Shown in pieces: positions 25,731 through 38,249 of a DNA stretch of 64,000 nucleotides. The notes beneath the pieces are model-generated. The model saw nothing but the letters and a program-made list of their open reading frames with translations. It was not told where the DNA came from and did not search any database. Each line of letters opens with the position of its first letter. Position 1 is the first letter of the stretch. A program made the translations under genes and the position numbers. The stretch comes from Convolutriloba macropyga (taxonomy: Eukaryota), in contig NC_134469.1 in assembly GCF_964194025.1 (NCBI RefSeq), forward strand, positions 82,274,001 through 82,338,000. The letters are read 5' to 3'.

Positions 25731-27623
25731 AGTGTGCGAGAGATAAAACGTGAACAAGAAAGAGAAGGAAGGAAACCCGAAACAACATAGAGAGAGTGCT
25801 AAGAATATTTTCCATGCTGAAATAGGACTCTGCAACTGAAGTCTATTGAAAATGTCTTCCACCTAAAAAACCGATTATCGAGAATTGACAAGAACAAGCC
25901 TTCTAACTGACATGATCGAAGAAAAAAACAAAGAAAACACAAAATAGAAAAACTGTTACAAATGATTGTATTAACAGCAAAACAATAACAATAAAAAAGC
26001 TGTTGAATCGGCTATTTTTCAAATTCTTTAAATTTTAAAACCAATATTTTATAGAAGACAGGAATGAAAACAGGAGTAATAACAATTATCAACTAATTAT
26101 CTTATTCAGCGCGTTATCCACAATATTTGGTGCAAAAAACCTTTTCAAAAAAATTTGGATATCAAAAAACCAATCATGCATTGACGCATTTACAGAATTT
26201 AGATTTTGAGCTCAAATTTTAAAAAGTGCTGTTCACGTCGACGGTTCAGCTCCCAGGTCGAGGTGTCACCGCTAAAAATCTCTAAAAGATGTAAGATTTG
26301 CGGTGAATTTGAGTTAAAAGTGTAAGATTTGCGCGCATTAAAATGAATGCGGTGAAAAAAACTTTTAAGCGGTAAAAGAAATTTTTTCACCGCTACCAGC
26401 AGAATGCGGTGAACAAAATTTTTCACCGCTAAAATCGCAAACCTTACAAATATTCATCGCTAATTTCAACGCTTAATTTAAATTCACTGGAAATATTATT
26501 GAAGTAAGTGACAAATGGCGCAGCGGAATAAGAAGTTGGAGACCTGCAGGAGATGAGTGGTTCGAACCCGTGTATAGCAGTCTCTTTTCTGTAAGAAATC
26601 CGGTGAAAAAAAATTCAGAATAGATTCAGTTTATAATTTATTTTAATACAGCATTCTGTTGGTAGCGCTGAAAAATTTATTTTTGCCGCATTCTGTTGGT
26701 AGTGGTTAAAATTTCACCGCTAAGTCCGCAAATCTTACAAACAATCACCGCTAAATTCAACGCAATTCATAAAAAAAATTCACCGCTTTCACGGCATTCA
26801 ACGCTAAAAGATGCGGACACTTTGCAGTAAAAAGTTTTTTCCACCGCTTATCTTGCATTATTTTTTGACAAAACCTGGACCCGGGTGTGAAATTCACAAA
26901 ACGAATTAAAGTTTACAGGCAGCGACAAATTTCTTCCGAAACCTCCAAAATCCGTTTCTGCAGAAAATTTCTTGAACTGGTTAAGATACGAGAGAAACTG
27001 ATTTTTATACGTTGAGCAAAATCAGAGGCAAACCAGCGTAAAAACAACTAAGCTGACGTGTCCAGCAGGCATCTGTGATAGGACAGCTTTTATTGCTAAA
27101 AAACGTATTTCTATTATGCTAAATCAGTGATTAATTAGGCAACATTCCGTAACATCTGTAAACACTAATACAAATTAATCAACACAACTGGAGCAGGGGC
27201 AGACTGTCAGAAAAAAGCGCCATAGTCTTGTAAATCTGCTTGGCAAAATGAAAAAAAAAGAAAAACAGTCAAAATGGAAAAATTGTTATTCTTATTAACT
27301 GTGAACCAGTGCAGCATACTTCTGCTTCTATTAGATGCTCTCAAACATTCAGATAGATTGACGCACGCTCATCTGAACATTTTCGTTTTGAAGAAGAGTA
27401 AAGAAAAGTAATTCTGAGAGTGAGGGAGTCCATTTATTTTTGAAAGAGTTAAGTCGCTCGGAACCAAAAACTGAAGCATAACCGACTAAAGTCGGGCGAA
27501 CTGCTCTCAAACGACCGGCGAGCGGTTGGCTTTGTCAGTAGCTAGCCACGGTTTAGTAAAGATAGCTTTGGTTTAATTAAAGAGCGTGAGGTGAGGGTAA
27601 TTAAGCATCAACAAGAGATATGG

Positions 27624-27664
<41 letters not shown>

Positions 27665-27783
27665 TTGAGTGTGCGAGAGATAAAACGTGAGCGAGAAAGA
27701 GAAGGAAAGAAACCCGAAACAACATAGAGAGAGAGAGAGAGGGTGCTAAGAATATTTTCCATGCTGAAATAGGACTCTGCAAC
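12206..27783 (+). repeat. ~2-kb macrosatellite, units 3-10
   Basis: Unit starts at 12206, 14175, 16143, (18047, via a 1789-bp duplication junction), 19928, 21907, 23887 and 25837. Each holds the MITE, the A/B boxes, the CCGACTAAAGTCGG hairpin module and a (GA)n tract. Confidence 0.95.
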
Positions 27784-29215
27784 TTCTAGTTTTCTAGCCT
27801 TGTTAGTAATTAAACCATATAATAAAAACTAAGAGTGCAAAATCCGAAAGAAAATTTTCCACATTTCGCAGTGAAAAAATTGTTCGAAGTTCTTTCGTGT
27901 GATCCATCTGCAAGAATTGAAAAGTTTCGTTGGACAGTAATGATCGTTAAAAATAGGAAAAGACAAAATTATTCAAAAATTTTAAAAATAATTGCCAATT
28001 TTAAGAAAAATCTTGTTAAAAATCGTGATATTAATATCTTCAGAGCCATTTCATTGTCTCAAGAGACTATCCAGTGTCCCTGTTTTAAGCCTTAAATAGT
28101 TTCACGGGCTAAAAGATCTATAAACTTGGAACATGCTAAACATTTTTTCGAAAATTTGAAAAAAAATCAAATTTCAACAAAGTTGTAAAAACTCGAGTCA
28201 ATAAAATATTGATAACTGTTCAATAAAACCTAAAAACTATGCAGCAGCTCAACATCAAACCTCGGAGGAGGATCCTAGGCCCATGGTGCGGGAAAAATTG
28301 AAAAAAACAACAAAAATATATAAAAAAAACATGAAAATATTTTTCAAAAGGAGAAGCCTGAAAAATGACAAACATTTTTAAACTAAACAAAGTTGCAATT
28401 TTACTATAAAAATGGTTTCAATTAGTGATATTACAAAATTGAAAACTATTCCACGGCCAATATAAATTTTAAGTAACCTATTATCAAACCGTTCTGGAGG
28501 TTTTCTGGCCGCTGTGTGGAAAAACTTAATAATGACATTAACTGCAAAAAATTTTTTGAAAAATTGCATGTTTTTTTTGTACAAAATACTAAAATTCGTG
28601 CTATTAAAATGTTGAAAACCATTCCATTACCACTAAAAACTGCATTTTTCTATTAGAGGAAGTTCTTTGACACCTAGGGCTGAAAAGCTCAAAAAAGACA
28701 AAAAGTTTCAATAAGCTTGAAAAAAATTATGAGAATTTACATATTTGCGTGTTTCTGTTTAGATTTCCAAAACAAATAGCTCTTAAGTTGGTCAAAGAAA
28801 GTAAAGTACTCAGGTTTTGCAAAACACCTTTATCAAGTTTAAACCGCTTCAATTTTAGACTGATCCAACAAAAATTCGAAAAAGGACAAAAAACATGAAA
28901 AATTGCACCATTTTGGGCTCAAAAACTCCTAAAAATGACATTTTAACCATAAAATACGGCCTTCCCGGTAGCTTCATCTCACTAAGCACTTGAAGGACTA
29001 CTGAAAACGGTTAAAGGCTTATAATGAAACTTAACGCCCGCTGGACGCTACATGTTTATCCCGTTTTTAAGGACGAAAAATCAAATGGGTCGAACGGAAA
29101 ATCAGTCAGGCAAAAAATCGCATTAAAAAAGACCAGCAGCACTAATAAAATTGCTTCAAAATTTGTTTCAGAGCAATTAATCGGGCGAATACTATAAAAA
29201 TTTTGCGCGATTTGA
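27477..29215 (-). mobile_element. Putative Helentron-associated non-autonomous element (HINE/DINE-1-like), longest copy
   Basis: One end reads ATTCGC-CCGACTTTAGTCGG-TTATG on the minus strand (sub-terminal motif plus hairpin). The other end carries TCGGGCGAAT with an inverted copy (29179-29212). It contains a (GA)n tract and internal degenerate tandem repeats, and has a diverged relative at 30833-32280. Confidence 0.5.
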
Positions 29216-30832
29216 ATAATAGATTTAATCGCGCGAATACATAAAAACTCACTCCGTTAAGAGTGAAAATTGACGCCACTCACGCAGTTCAGTCGAATTT
29301 ATATAAAAAAACACGGAATTGCACTGATTATGACCTCAACTGGTCGTAACAAAAATTAAGACAGTGAAAACTAAAAAACAGCAGGACAAGTCCCGAGCTA
29401 CAATTCAAAAATTTTAAATTGACTCAACAAAAATTTTAAATGTAGAGGGCTAAAAGTTGATTCGAAAAACCATTTAAACGATAAAAAAAATCAGAAAACA
29501 GTAAAAACAAATCAAAAATGCCGCACGTGAATAAAACAGCCGGAAGAATTCTGGAAAATTAACAACCGAAAAGTATCTGTCAATAACTGATAAATCATCT
29601 GATAAAAATTTCTTTACAAGAGACACAAAAATAACTATTGACAAAACACCTTGCGGCACTTAGTTTTATTTGTCCGAAAAACCACCAATAGAAAAAAAAA
29701 TCAGCAAAAAAGTTCATTTATGAAAGACGCGGAAAAGGAAGGTCTAAGAAGGACGAAGTAAAAAAATCATTCGCTACAAAATTCTTGGTCAAAATCATTC
29801 ACAAACTGCTACGGAGCTACTTCCCAACTACTATTTGAGGGGAAAAAAATCTTCTTCCTACTTATTTAACCGCCCAAAGCCTGGCCGAAACATTAATCAG
29901 CCAAAAATTACAAAGAAAAGAGAAAATAAATTTGATTCAAAAAAAATGTTACTGAAAAGCGCTCTGTCTATCCTTCAGTGGCACCTTTGAGGAGTAAAAC
30001 ATGAAAAAATAGATTTATTTTGATTTCAAAGAAAAATAAAAACATAATTAAAAATTAAAAAAAAAGTATAGCGTGCAGTTCGTAATTTGAAGAAATATGC
30101 AGCAAAATTAATGAAAACTTACCAAAATTCCTTATGCTCCATAGATAAAAACTTATTTTTGGCAATTTTATTACCCATAAGCAACACAAACTATAAGGCA
30201 TACAATATAAAAAAGCTCATCCACTAAAAAGGTAGCACGACAACATATAGATGAAATTATTAAGAAAGATATAAAAGAAAAAATCTCCAGAAGATCTCAT
30301 CTGAAGCACAAACGGTTACTTTATCTTGACCTCTAGTTTTTTTTCAAAATAACCCAGAAGAATAATGGGTAGTCAGCGTTTCGTTGAGTTAAATCGTCAC
30401 AAGTTTTTGGTTATTTGGTATACCCCCAAGTCGACCACTAAAAACAGAACAACAGCAGGGAGATTGCGAGAAATCCGCAATAGCTTCTTCTATTTGTAGT
30501 CTCAAAAATATAGTAAAAGAAAGACAAAATAAAATTCTTTTAATTAAATGCTGATATATTATATTTTGATTAACAATGTGTTTGATTTATTGTAGATTCT
30601 ATTAGCTGGTCTCGAAAAATCTTCAATCGACACACTCACTTCAATTTGCTTCTCTAAATTGAAGTAAAGAAAAGTAAATTTCAGAGTGAGGAAGTAATTT
30701 TTCTGAGGTAAGTCTCTGCGGTGTGGCCTTTTAAGAGTACTAAGAGTCATCAAAAGTAATAATGACGTCACTCACGCAACTACGTTAAAATTTTATGAGC
30801 AAATGAACAAACAGTAGATTTAAAGAGATTAA

Positions 30833-32280
30833 CATAACCGACTAACGTCGGGCGAAATTCTCTCAAACGACCGGCGACCGGTTGGCTTCGTCAGTAGCTA
30901 GCGACGGTTTAGTGGGGCTAGCTTTAGTTTGATTCGACTCTGTAACTTTTAGTTTCCTACCCTTGTTATTAAATAAATCAAATAAAATTCTAAAACTTTA
31001 AAATTTGCAAAATTTAGAAGAGAATTTTTCAGATTTTGCAGTGAAAAAAACTCGAATCCATTTCTTTTCTTTCTGGAGTTCTGTCAAGTTACCGATCTGC
31101 AAAACTTACAAAGTTTCGTTGGCCAATAATGAGAGATAAACTCAGAAAAGGACAAAAATATTCAAAAATTTTGAAAACAATCGCAAATTTTAACAAAATC
31201 TTGCAGCTATTCATGATTTTAAAATCTTCAAAACTATTTCATTGTCTCAGGAGACTATTCAGTATCCTTATTTTAAGCATTAAATATTTCACTGGCTCAT
31301 AAAGATCCACAAAATCGGAATATGATAATAATTTTCCAAAAACTTGAATAAAAATTGAACTTTATCAAAAAATGGCTAAAGCTGCAGTCATTAAAAAATT
31401 GATAAACATTCATGAGCTCTAGAAATTACGCAACAGTTTATTATCAAGCCTTGGAGGAGGTCCTTAAGACCCTGGAGCCGGAAAAAATTAAAGAAAACTT
31501 AAAATTGCAAATAATTTCTAAAAATTGCTTAAATTCGTGATATTAAAATCTTGCAAACAGTCCATTGTATCCAGAAGCTATGCAGTAACCTATTATCCAA
31601 GCCTAGAAAAAATTGCAAATTTATTAAAAAAAACATTAGCTAAATTTTGCGGTAATAAAAAGTTAAAAACTAATCCACGGCACAAAAAAGTTTTCAACTA
31701 AATTATTATAAAAACCTAACGTGTTGTGACCCCTGAGAATGAAGAAATCTGAAAAATGAAAATAAGTGTCAACAGAATTGAAAAAAACTGCAAGTTTTTT
31801 TTAAAAAAATGCTAAAAATTGTAATGTTAAATTCTCGAAAAACATTCCATTGCATCTAGAAATTATACAGTAACCTATGGTCAAACCCTAGAGAAGGTTC
31901 TTTGAGGCTAGAGAAACCTAAAAAACAACAAAAACTTTTGAACACTTGAAAAAAGTCAAGTTATATAAAACAAATTGCTCAAATTTTTTTGATATTAAAA
32001 ACTTTAAAACTATTCCATAGCAAATAAAAAAATTTTCCAGTAACTTATTCTGAAACTCTTGAGGATTTTTTCTGGCCACGTTTTGTCAAACAAATTGCTA
32101 CAATTCGTGATGTTTAATTTTTGAAACTATTCCACTACCACTACATAGCATGCAGTAGCTTACTATCGAACCGTAAAGGAGGTTCCTTACACCAAGGGCT
32201 GATAAATGTCAGCATATGAAAAAAAAACTTCTAAAAAGCTTGAAAAAAATTGTGATAATTAGTACAAATTTGCGTGTTTT
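30833..32280 (-). mobile_element. Diverged, truncated second copy of the HINE-like element
   Basis: Starts CATAACCGACTAACGTCGGGCGAA, lacks the ~215-bp GA-rich block, then aligns with ~27774-28750. Has roughly 140-170-bp internal repeats (AATTCGTGATATTAAAA...TTCCATT...CAGTAACCTAT). Confidence 0.5.
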
Positions 32281-33059
32281 TAGCGAGCAGTGTTTTGTCA
32301 GCAGCTAGCCACAGGGAGGGGTGGGTTGCACGGGGGGGGGGGGCTGAAGGGAGATGTTGGGGCAACAGTGGGGCGGGGGTCTCCTACAAAAATTGATTCT
32401 ACAAAACTATTACAAAAATTGATTCAATCAAGGAAAGGCAAAAGAATCAGAATAATATTGAAAGACGTAAAAATTGTTTACAACCCGAACCGGGGCATCA
32501 AGAGTATTCACACAATTGAATTATCAGTCAAAATTTTTGCAGGAACTCCTGCAGATTATCAATGCCGTTTTACATAAACTGAAGACAATGTTAAACAAAA
32601 CAAGTTTTTAACAAATGATTTTAAAAAAAGGGAATTAAACTAAAGATCTTCATCAAATTCTCGAGATGCATGCTAGAATGTGGGTATTGAATTTATCGTT
32701 CCATTTAAAAAAACAATGAAAACAAAACATTTTCTTGATTTTAGAAGGTTTTAAACAAATTATAAAAATTGAAGTAGAGAACTAATACGTTTCATTTTTT
32801 TGCATTGAAGGTTTAGAAAAATGAAAAAATCCTCCTCCTGTTTAGATCAAACAGTGATGATTTGAAATTTAATTTTGCAAAAGATCAAAAAATATTAAAA
32901 TCGCATTTATGAAAAAATGGTCATTAAGTTTAATATTAAGACTTAACGCCAAAAAAGATTCGTTGAACAAACGGAAAAGATCCAAAAAATGGTATATTTG
33001 GCCGGGGTGTCTAATTTCTAATCTCAAGCAGGAAAATTGGAAAATTCTGTAAGAGCAGT

Positions 33060-33280
33060 TAAGCATTCCCTCAGGAGGATGTCTTCAGTAGGTTTGCTTC
33101 CTCTCAGCAACCGACATCCTCGCAGGCAGAGAAAACAGATTCGATGGAGAATGAAGCTGATTTTGGTCCAAATAATGGATATAAATTCTGCGTACGGCTC
33201 CCTGGGCTTTTCGCCTATCTTAGCGGTGATTCGTTTGAGAGCTTTTGTTGCTGCAGCGGCAAAAAATTTATCTCGCTGAG
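33060..33280 (-). pseudogene. Degenerate CRE C-terminal tail fragment
   Basis: Translation ATKALKRITAKIGEKPREPYAEFISIIWTKISFILHRICFLCLRGCR matches the CRE tail ASRVMKQLATKISEKRGEPYADTISYIRTKISFALLRSCVLCLRGCR. Confidence 0.8.
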
Positions 33281-33722
33281 AAACAATTAGTTCATACGGC
33301 AATTTATTTCACTGCTTTTAGGTTGAAACGTTGTCTGAACGAATAGTACTTCTGGTTTAAAAAAATTCATTAACACAACAATAGAGAACGTTTTGTATTT
33401 TCTCAAAATTGCTCGCTAAACACAAGCAATATGCTTTCTCTCTTGGGAAAACTCTAGGAAAAAAATTTCGAGACATTACATTTAACAGACAGCCTCCAGA
33501 AAAGGAGTTGTTAACAACTGAGGTGATAAAAAGTAATTCAACTAATCTAATAAAAATTACAGGAACATGAAGGCTGTCAATGTGCTTGAGCTAAAGTCAC
33601 TGTTCCAGTCTCTGACCTCGTTCAGTTGCATATTTATTCATGAAAAAATGACATCAATGTTTCCCATAAAAGCAATCACAGAAGTCCGTCGTAATCTATG
33701 TTACAAAAACCTCTAAAGAGCT

Positions 33723-34115
33723 TGTCTTATAACGCTTACATTAGTATGCACTATTAAGTGTGTGATTACTCTATAGTTCAAGTCATCGGATGAATAGTGA
33801 ATTCGATTTGGCTATACCCTTTGTAAATAATTTGTGCACAACTTCAATTCAGTCTATCTATCTTTTCTGTTTGTCAGCCATCTTTTTTTCCCTATCAACT
33901 CTTCTTCAAGTCAAAATTCTTGGTAAGACAACTTCACAACTTCCCTATTTTTCAGGTTCTATTCAATAACTTTAAGTCTTTGAATAGAAATAAAACAATC
34001 TTTTTATCCAATCAGGATAAACTATAAAACCACACCTTCAAAGATATCAACAATCAAACAATTCAATCTATAATAATCATGATCGAATTCTAATCTTGTT
34101 ATTTCGTTCATGACA
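33723..34115 (-). repeat. 3' LTR
   Basis: TG...CA termini with short inverted ends (TGTCTTATAAC ... GTTCATGACA); homologous to 48055-48442 and 56040-56427. Confidence 0.85.
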
Positions 34116-34375
34116 CTGCGTCTTGCATTAATGAAACTTAGTTTAGCATTTTCGTATAAGCATAGTAAATTCATATAAGCAATGACATTGCGCCTTGTTT
34201 TAATATGACTAATTTTTGGATGTGGCAACTATATTACAGAAATACTTAGAGTGACTGAGTGGAATGCGTTGTTCTTTTTCATTGATTAGTGTTCAGTCTA
34301 ATTTATTTGTTTTACACATGCAGTCTTTTGCTCTTAGTTATAGAATATTAGTTCCGATAGTTAGCTGAACTGAGT

Positions 34376-36450
34376 TCAGGGTTTAATTTGTAGAGCAATC
34401 TGCTCACACAAAGATTGCATAAGATTTTGTTCTTCGTATTGTGGTGCTCTTGCTGTAGTATTAGTCACTAGTGTTGCCTCCCTTAGATCTTTCTCATTTA
34501 GAAGCTTTTGAAGCTTTTGAAGCTTTAGGAAGTTAAACTGCATATCACTGATAACCACTACTGGTCTCGGCTGAATGATAGTTCCTCAGGCAAGAATTTT
34601 TAACATATTATACTGACGTTCGTATTTGTTTGTCAAATAACCACAGAGTAATTGTGGGACATAAGAAATAAGAAATGATGTGACACTAATGGCAATCGTT
34701 ATCTTCTATGTTGAGCTATCTGTGAAGCAGTTTCTGAAGCTTGGTCTAATGGTTTTCATGTCTCCGATTATCAGTTTAGTTAAGTCGTCAAGACGATCGA
34801 ATGATTTTCGGTGGTAGTCTGTTACATTGGCAAATTCAAGTTGTACTTTTTCAATAACCTGTTCTCTTGCCTGTGTCAAAGTTGAGATACGTGGCATCTC
34901 GTTCAAAGAGTTTTTTTTGAAAAAAAATGTCGTAAGGGATCCGTAAGGTTGACATCGATTCTAACTGCATTATCATTTCAACATGAGAACAAGTTAGCTC
35001 TTAGTTCCACGAATCTTGTTTCTATCTTTGTCCCAGACTGTAAATCTATCACGCACGTTTTACATCCTGGCAATTTGTTCGTTTTATGGGGCCATTATTA
35101 GTAATTCTGTAGAGCCATTGTACCAATTCTGTAGAGCCGCAAACTGGTTTCCGATGAGGAGAGCTCCAAGACTTGTGTCTTCTGTTGTCTCAAGGGAAAA
35201 AAATTTGTGCACACTGAGAAACTGCTTGATCCAATACATGAAACAGTTTCGGGTTGAGATAGAAGAGCAATTCGTCTGGTTGATTCAGCAATTGCTATTT
35301 AATCCGCTTCAGTCTCATATTGAGAGGCGTATCCGTCTCTATCATTTGTTGGCATAGGTATCGTGATAGCACGACAAATATTGAGTGCAGTTGACCCCGA
35401 TTCAAAAGGTACGGCGAGATGAAAAATCATTCCATAATCTTCTACCACGAAATTTGTCAGCAGTTTTGTTTCATAATAAGTAAGGCTTTGAGAGGGAGGC
35501 ATTGTTAACGTTAATCGATCATCCTCTTTTGTCTGCTCAGTAGCTAAAGATTTAAGTATTTTGTCAAGTATTTGTTTTGGAACCAAAGCCATTGGTATGA
35601 ATTTACTAACCATTGTCAAAATCGAGTTGAGTATTGTTAACTTTTAAGAATAGGTAGCGATTTGATAACTCTTGATTTCATTCATAAGTGCCAATAGAGA
35701 ACTTGCTAAGTTTGTATGCAATTTCAATTTCTGGTCTCGTGCGTAGAAATATTGTGTGCAAGGCATCAGTTTTCTCGAGTTTGAGTTTATGACATCTATG
35801 GCTTTATTCGCAGTACTTTCGTGTTTTTTCGGCGTTAGAATATTTTGTTTTTGAGTTTGTTCAACGCCTTTCATTTCCGATGCTACGATATAAAATTTGT
35901 TATCAAGTTTGCTTTGAACTTCGATCCATGGGTTTTCTTTTTCTTCAAGTTTTTGTAGAGCAAAATCAATGGCAGCACGATTTTTGTCTGAACCGTCACA
36001 AACCCAAAATATACTTCCAATCGAGCACGCGATTCTTGCTCTTGCTGTAACAGCAGTAAGAGCTCCAAAGGCAATCAAAGAGACTCCACGTTTCTTTCAG
36101 GTGAATCATTTCTCATCAATGCTTCCGAATTATCTGTTCGTATGTCTTGTAGATCTTTACGTGCAAGATGTAATTGTTTCTCAAATAATCCGGAAAAGTG
36201 ATCAAAACTTCGTGAGCTTTTGTTGGCATTCATATAAGTCAGGTTGCTTCCGTTTTGTCGGGCAACGAAGGAAAAGGAATTATGAATTCTACATTGATAT
36301 ACTTTTCCGCGATTGACTTTTTCTGTTGATAAAGAAATTCAATGCCCTTGTTGGTAATTTTATCATTATAGAAGTCAGTTTGTGTAATCATTAGGAAAAA
36401 AAATTCTCTAAAGTGTTTTGAGGTCCAATTTAATTAATCATGAGTAATTC
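34376..36450 (-). pseudogene. env: env-like class I fusion glycoprotein (F-type), fragmented
   Basis: Furin-like (R)KKR site at 36088-36099 (first codon now TGA) followed by a hydrophobic peptide GVSLIAFGALTAVTA, then a heptad-like helix, FIPMALVPKQILDKIL, YYETKLL...MIFHLAVPF...RAITIPMP, and a TM-like ITIAISVTSFLISYV near 34660-34705. Lies just inside the 3' LTR. Confidence 0.7.
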
Positions 36451-37393
36451 TTTTCATTATTACTTGAATGAAATTTATAATTCGGAAAATTAAGTAAGAA
36501 CAGGACTTAAGTTTTTTGCTTCAGTTGGCCAGACAAAAGCATTTTTCACTGCCCACAGGAAATGAACAAAGTTGAATTTAAAATTTGTAATTTTGACTAT
36601 AAATTAACAGAATGCAGTCATCCCAATGTGGGAATTACTCCTGTAGAGCTATTACAGCTGAGAGAAAGTAAGAGCTTCGCTTGTAGTCTAAACAAGCCTC
36701 AAGGAGGAAGCAATAACTGATAGTGAATTCGAAGTTTTTCTCAAAATTGTTTATTGTGAGCCGAGATATTTAATTATAATCTCTATGTATGACAATGTTT
36801 TTGCGCTCGAGGTAATAATTAGTTTTCATAGGCATGGATAATATATATAAGTAAAGTTTAAGCTGTTCTCAAGGCGCAGTCTCATAAAATGTCTGTTGAA
36901 ATTTGTACTAAATAACTTTGTTTCTTTTGAGATCTTCACTTGTAATGTATAACTTTTTAAAGAAATACGACTCAAACAGGAAATGGTCTTTTAGTTTAAT
37001 AATTCATCTCATCTTTCTGTTCGCCCTATTTTTTGTTCAACTTTCTGTTGTACTAAAATTGAGTATGACATGACGCAAAAACAGAGGTTCTGTTTTGTCA
37101 AGGCAAAATGTCCTTCGTTGAGAATGGCGTTGTGGTGTTTTCAACTGACAAGTTGGAGTACCCTTGTGAGGCGTCAATTGCTGTTAGTGACGGTGACTCC
37201 TCTGTGCTGGGATGGGTGATCGGGCTAATTCTCTGCTTTGTAGCGGGGCTCTGTGTAATTCCAGCACGAACTGCTCTAATAATCAAGTGTCGTTACTAAA
37301 TTAAGTTTATTGTAACTGAACTTTTCCTTAAAGCAATTTAAGTGACATTTTTATTTTGCAAAATCAACTGACAATAAATGTTTTTAAGATGAA

Positions 37394-38095
37394 ATGGCAA
37401 ATACTCGTTGTAAGTCAAATTTTCGGGATATTCAGACACGAATTCGGAATTTTAATAATGAATACAGAAACCGAGATAAGTTAAAATTGATTGGTTGGCG
37501 ACCAGTACCCGTAGTTAACGTAAATCAATCTACCAATTGGCTGCAAGTTAGCATGGATTTAATATCTACAGGATATTTGAAATTTGTGGAGAACGATTGG
37601 GTGAAAACTCCCATTGCTATATCAAATCATCACTTACTTGAGCTCAATCCGGAATTTGTTTTTTTGTTAAATAATGTTAATAGCGAGTCTGATTTTCTTA
37701 CAAAAATTATTAAGCAGTTTAATTTTCCATCAGAAATAATTAACGGTGGACAAGAATATCGCTTGTATTCAAAACTGAAGAGTCCAGAGGAGAGTTTACG
37801 TAGAGGTTTATGGTGTCATAGTATGAATATGCAAGATCTCGTAAAGTACAAAGTTCCATCATGTTTAAAGGAAACAAAATGCGATGCTATTAATCAATAC
37901 AATTGCTGTTGGTCTGATGGACATATTGAAACAGGAGACAAAAATTCGATCTTAGTAACTTCGATTGGGGAGAAATTATGTTTTATTTGCATGCCTGGTG
38001 TCCATTCTGTTAGTTTCGAAAAACGAATGCGTACATTTGACGATTTTTCAAAATTTATTTCGAAAAATTTATTTATGGTCCTGAAAGTTCAATAA
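37394..38095 (+). CDS. Hypothetical 233-aa ORF antisense to the LTR element, between pol and env
   Basis: ATG-initiated, stop-free 702 bp in AT-rich DNA; Cys/Trp-rich C-terminal half; no recognised domain. Confidence 0.45.
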   Translation: MANTRCKSNFRDIQTRIRNFNNEYRNRDKLKLIGWRPVPVVNVNQSTNWLQVSMDLISTGYLKFVENDWVKTPIAISNHHLLELNPEFVFLLNNVNSESDFLTKIIKQFNFPSEIINGGQEYRLYSKLKSPEESLRRGLWCHSMNMQDLVKYKVPSCLKETKCDAINQYNCCWSDGHIETGDKNSILVTSIGEKLCFICMPGVHSVSFEKRMRTFDDFSKFISKNLFMVLKVQ

Positions 38096-38249
38096 TTCAG
38101 AAAAATGTTTTCTATTACATTCCCAAACTTGATTATTTTTGTGCCAGCCCAGTTTATGTGCACATGCAGTATTTACTTCAAGCGTTGGTATACCATCTGT
38201 GTGGGGTTGGGAAGCGTGTTACATGAAGGATTTGAATTGGGCTGAGCGT

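Noticed and set aside
7105-26426. Recurrent 60-95 aa ORFs in the macrosatellite (MNKNF..., MKKRK..., MEAIF...)
   Set aside because: They are frameshifted differently between units, overlap MITE and microsatellite DNA, and show no domain; they recur only because the DNA is repeated.
6514-27783. CRISPR-like array or prokaryotic defence system
   Set aside because: The repeats are kilobase-scale with no unique spacers, there are no cas-like ORFs, and the context is eukaryotic.
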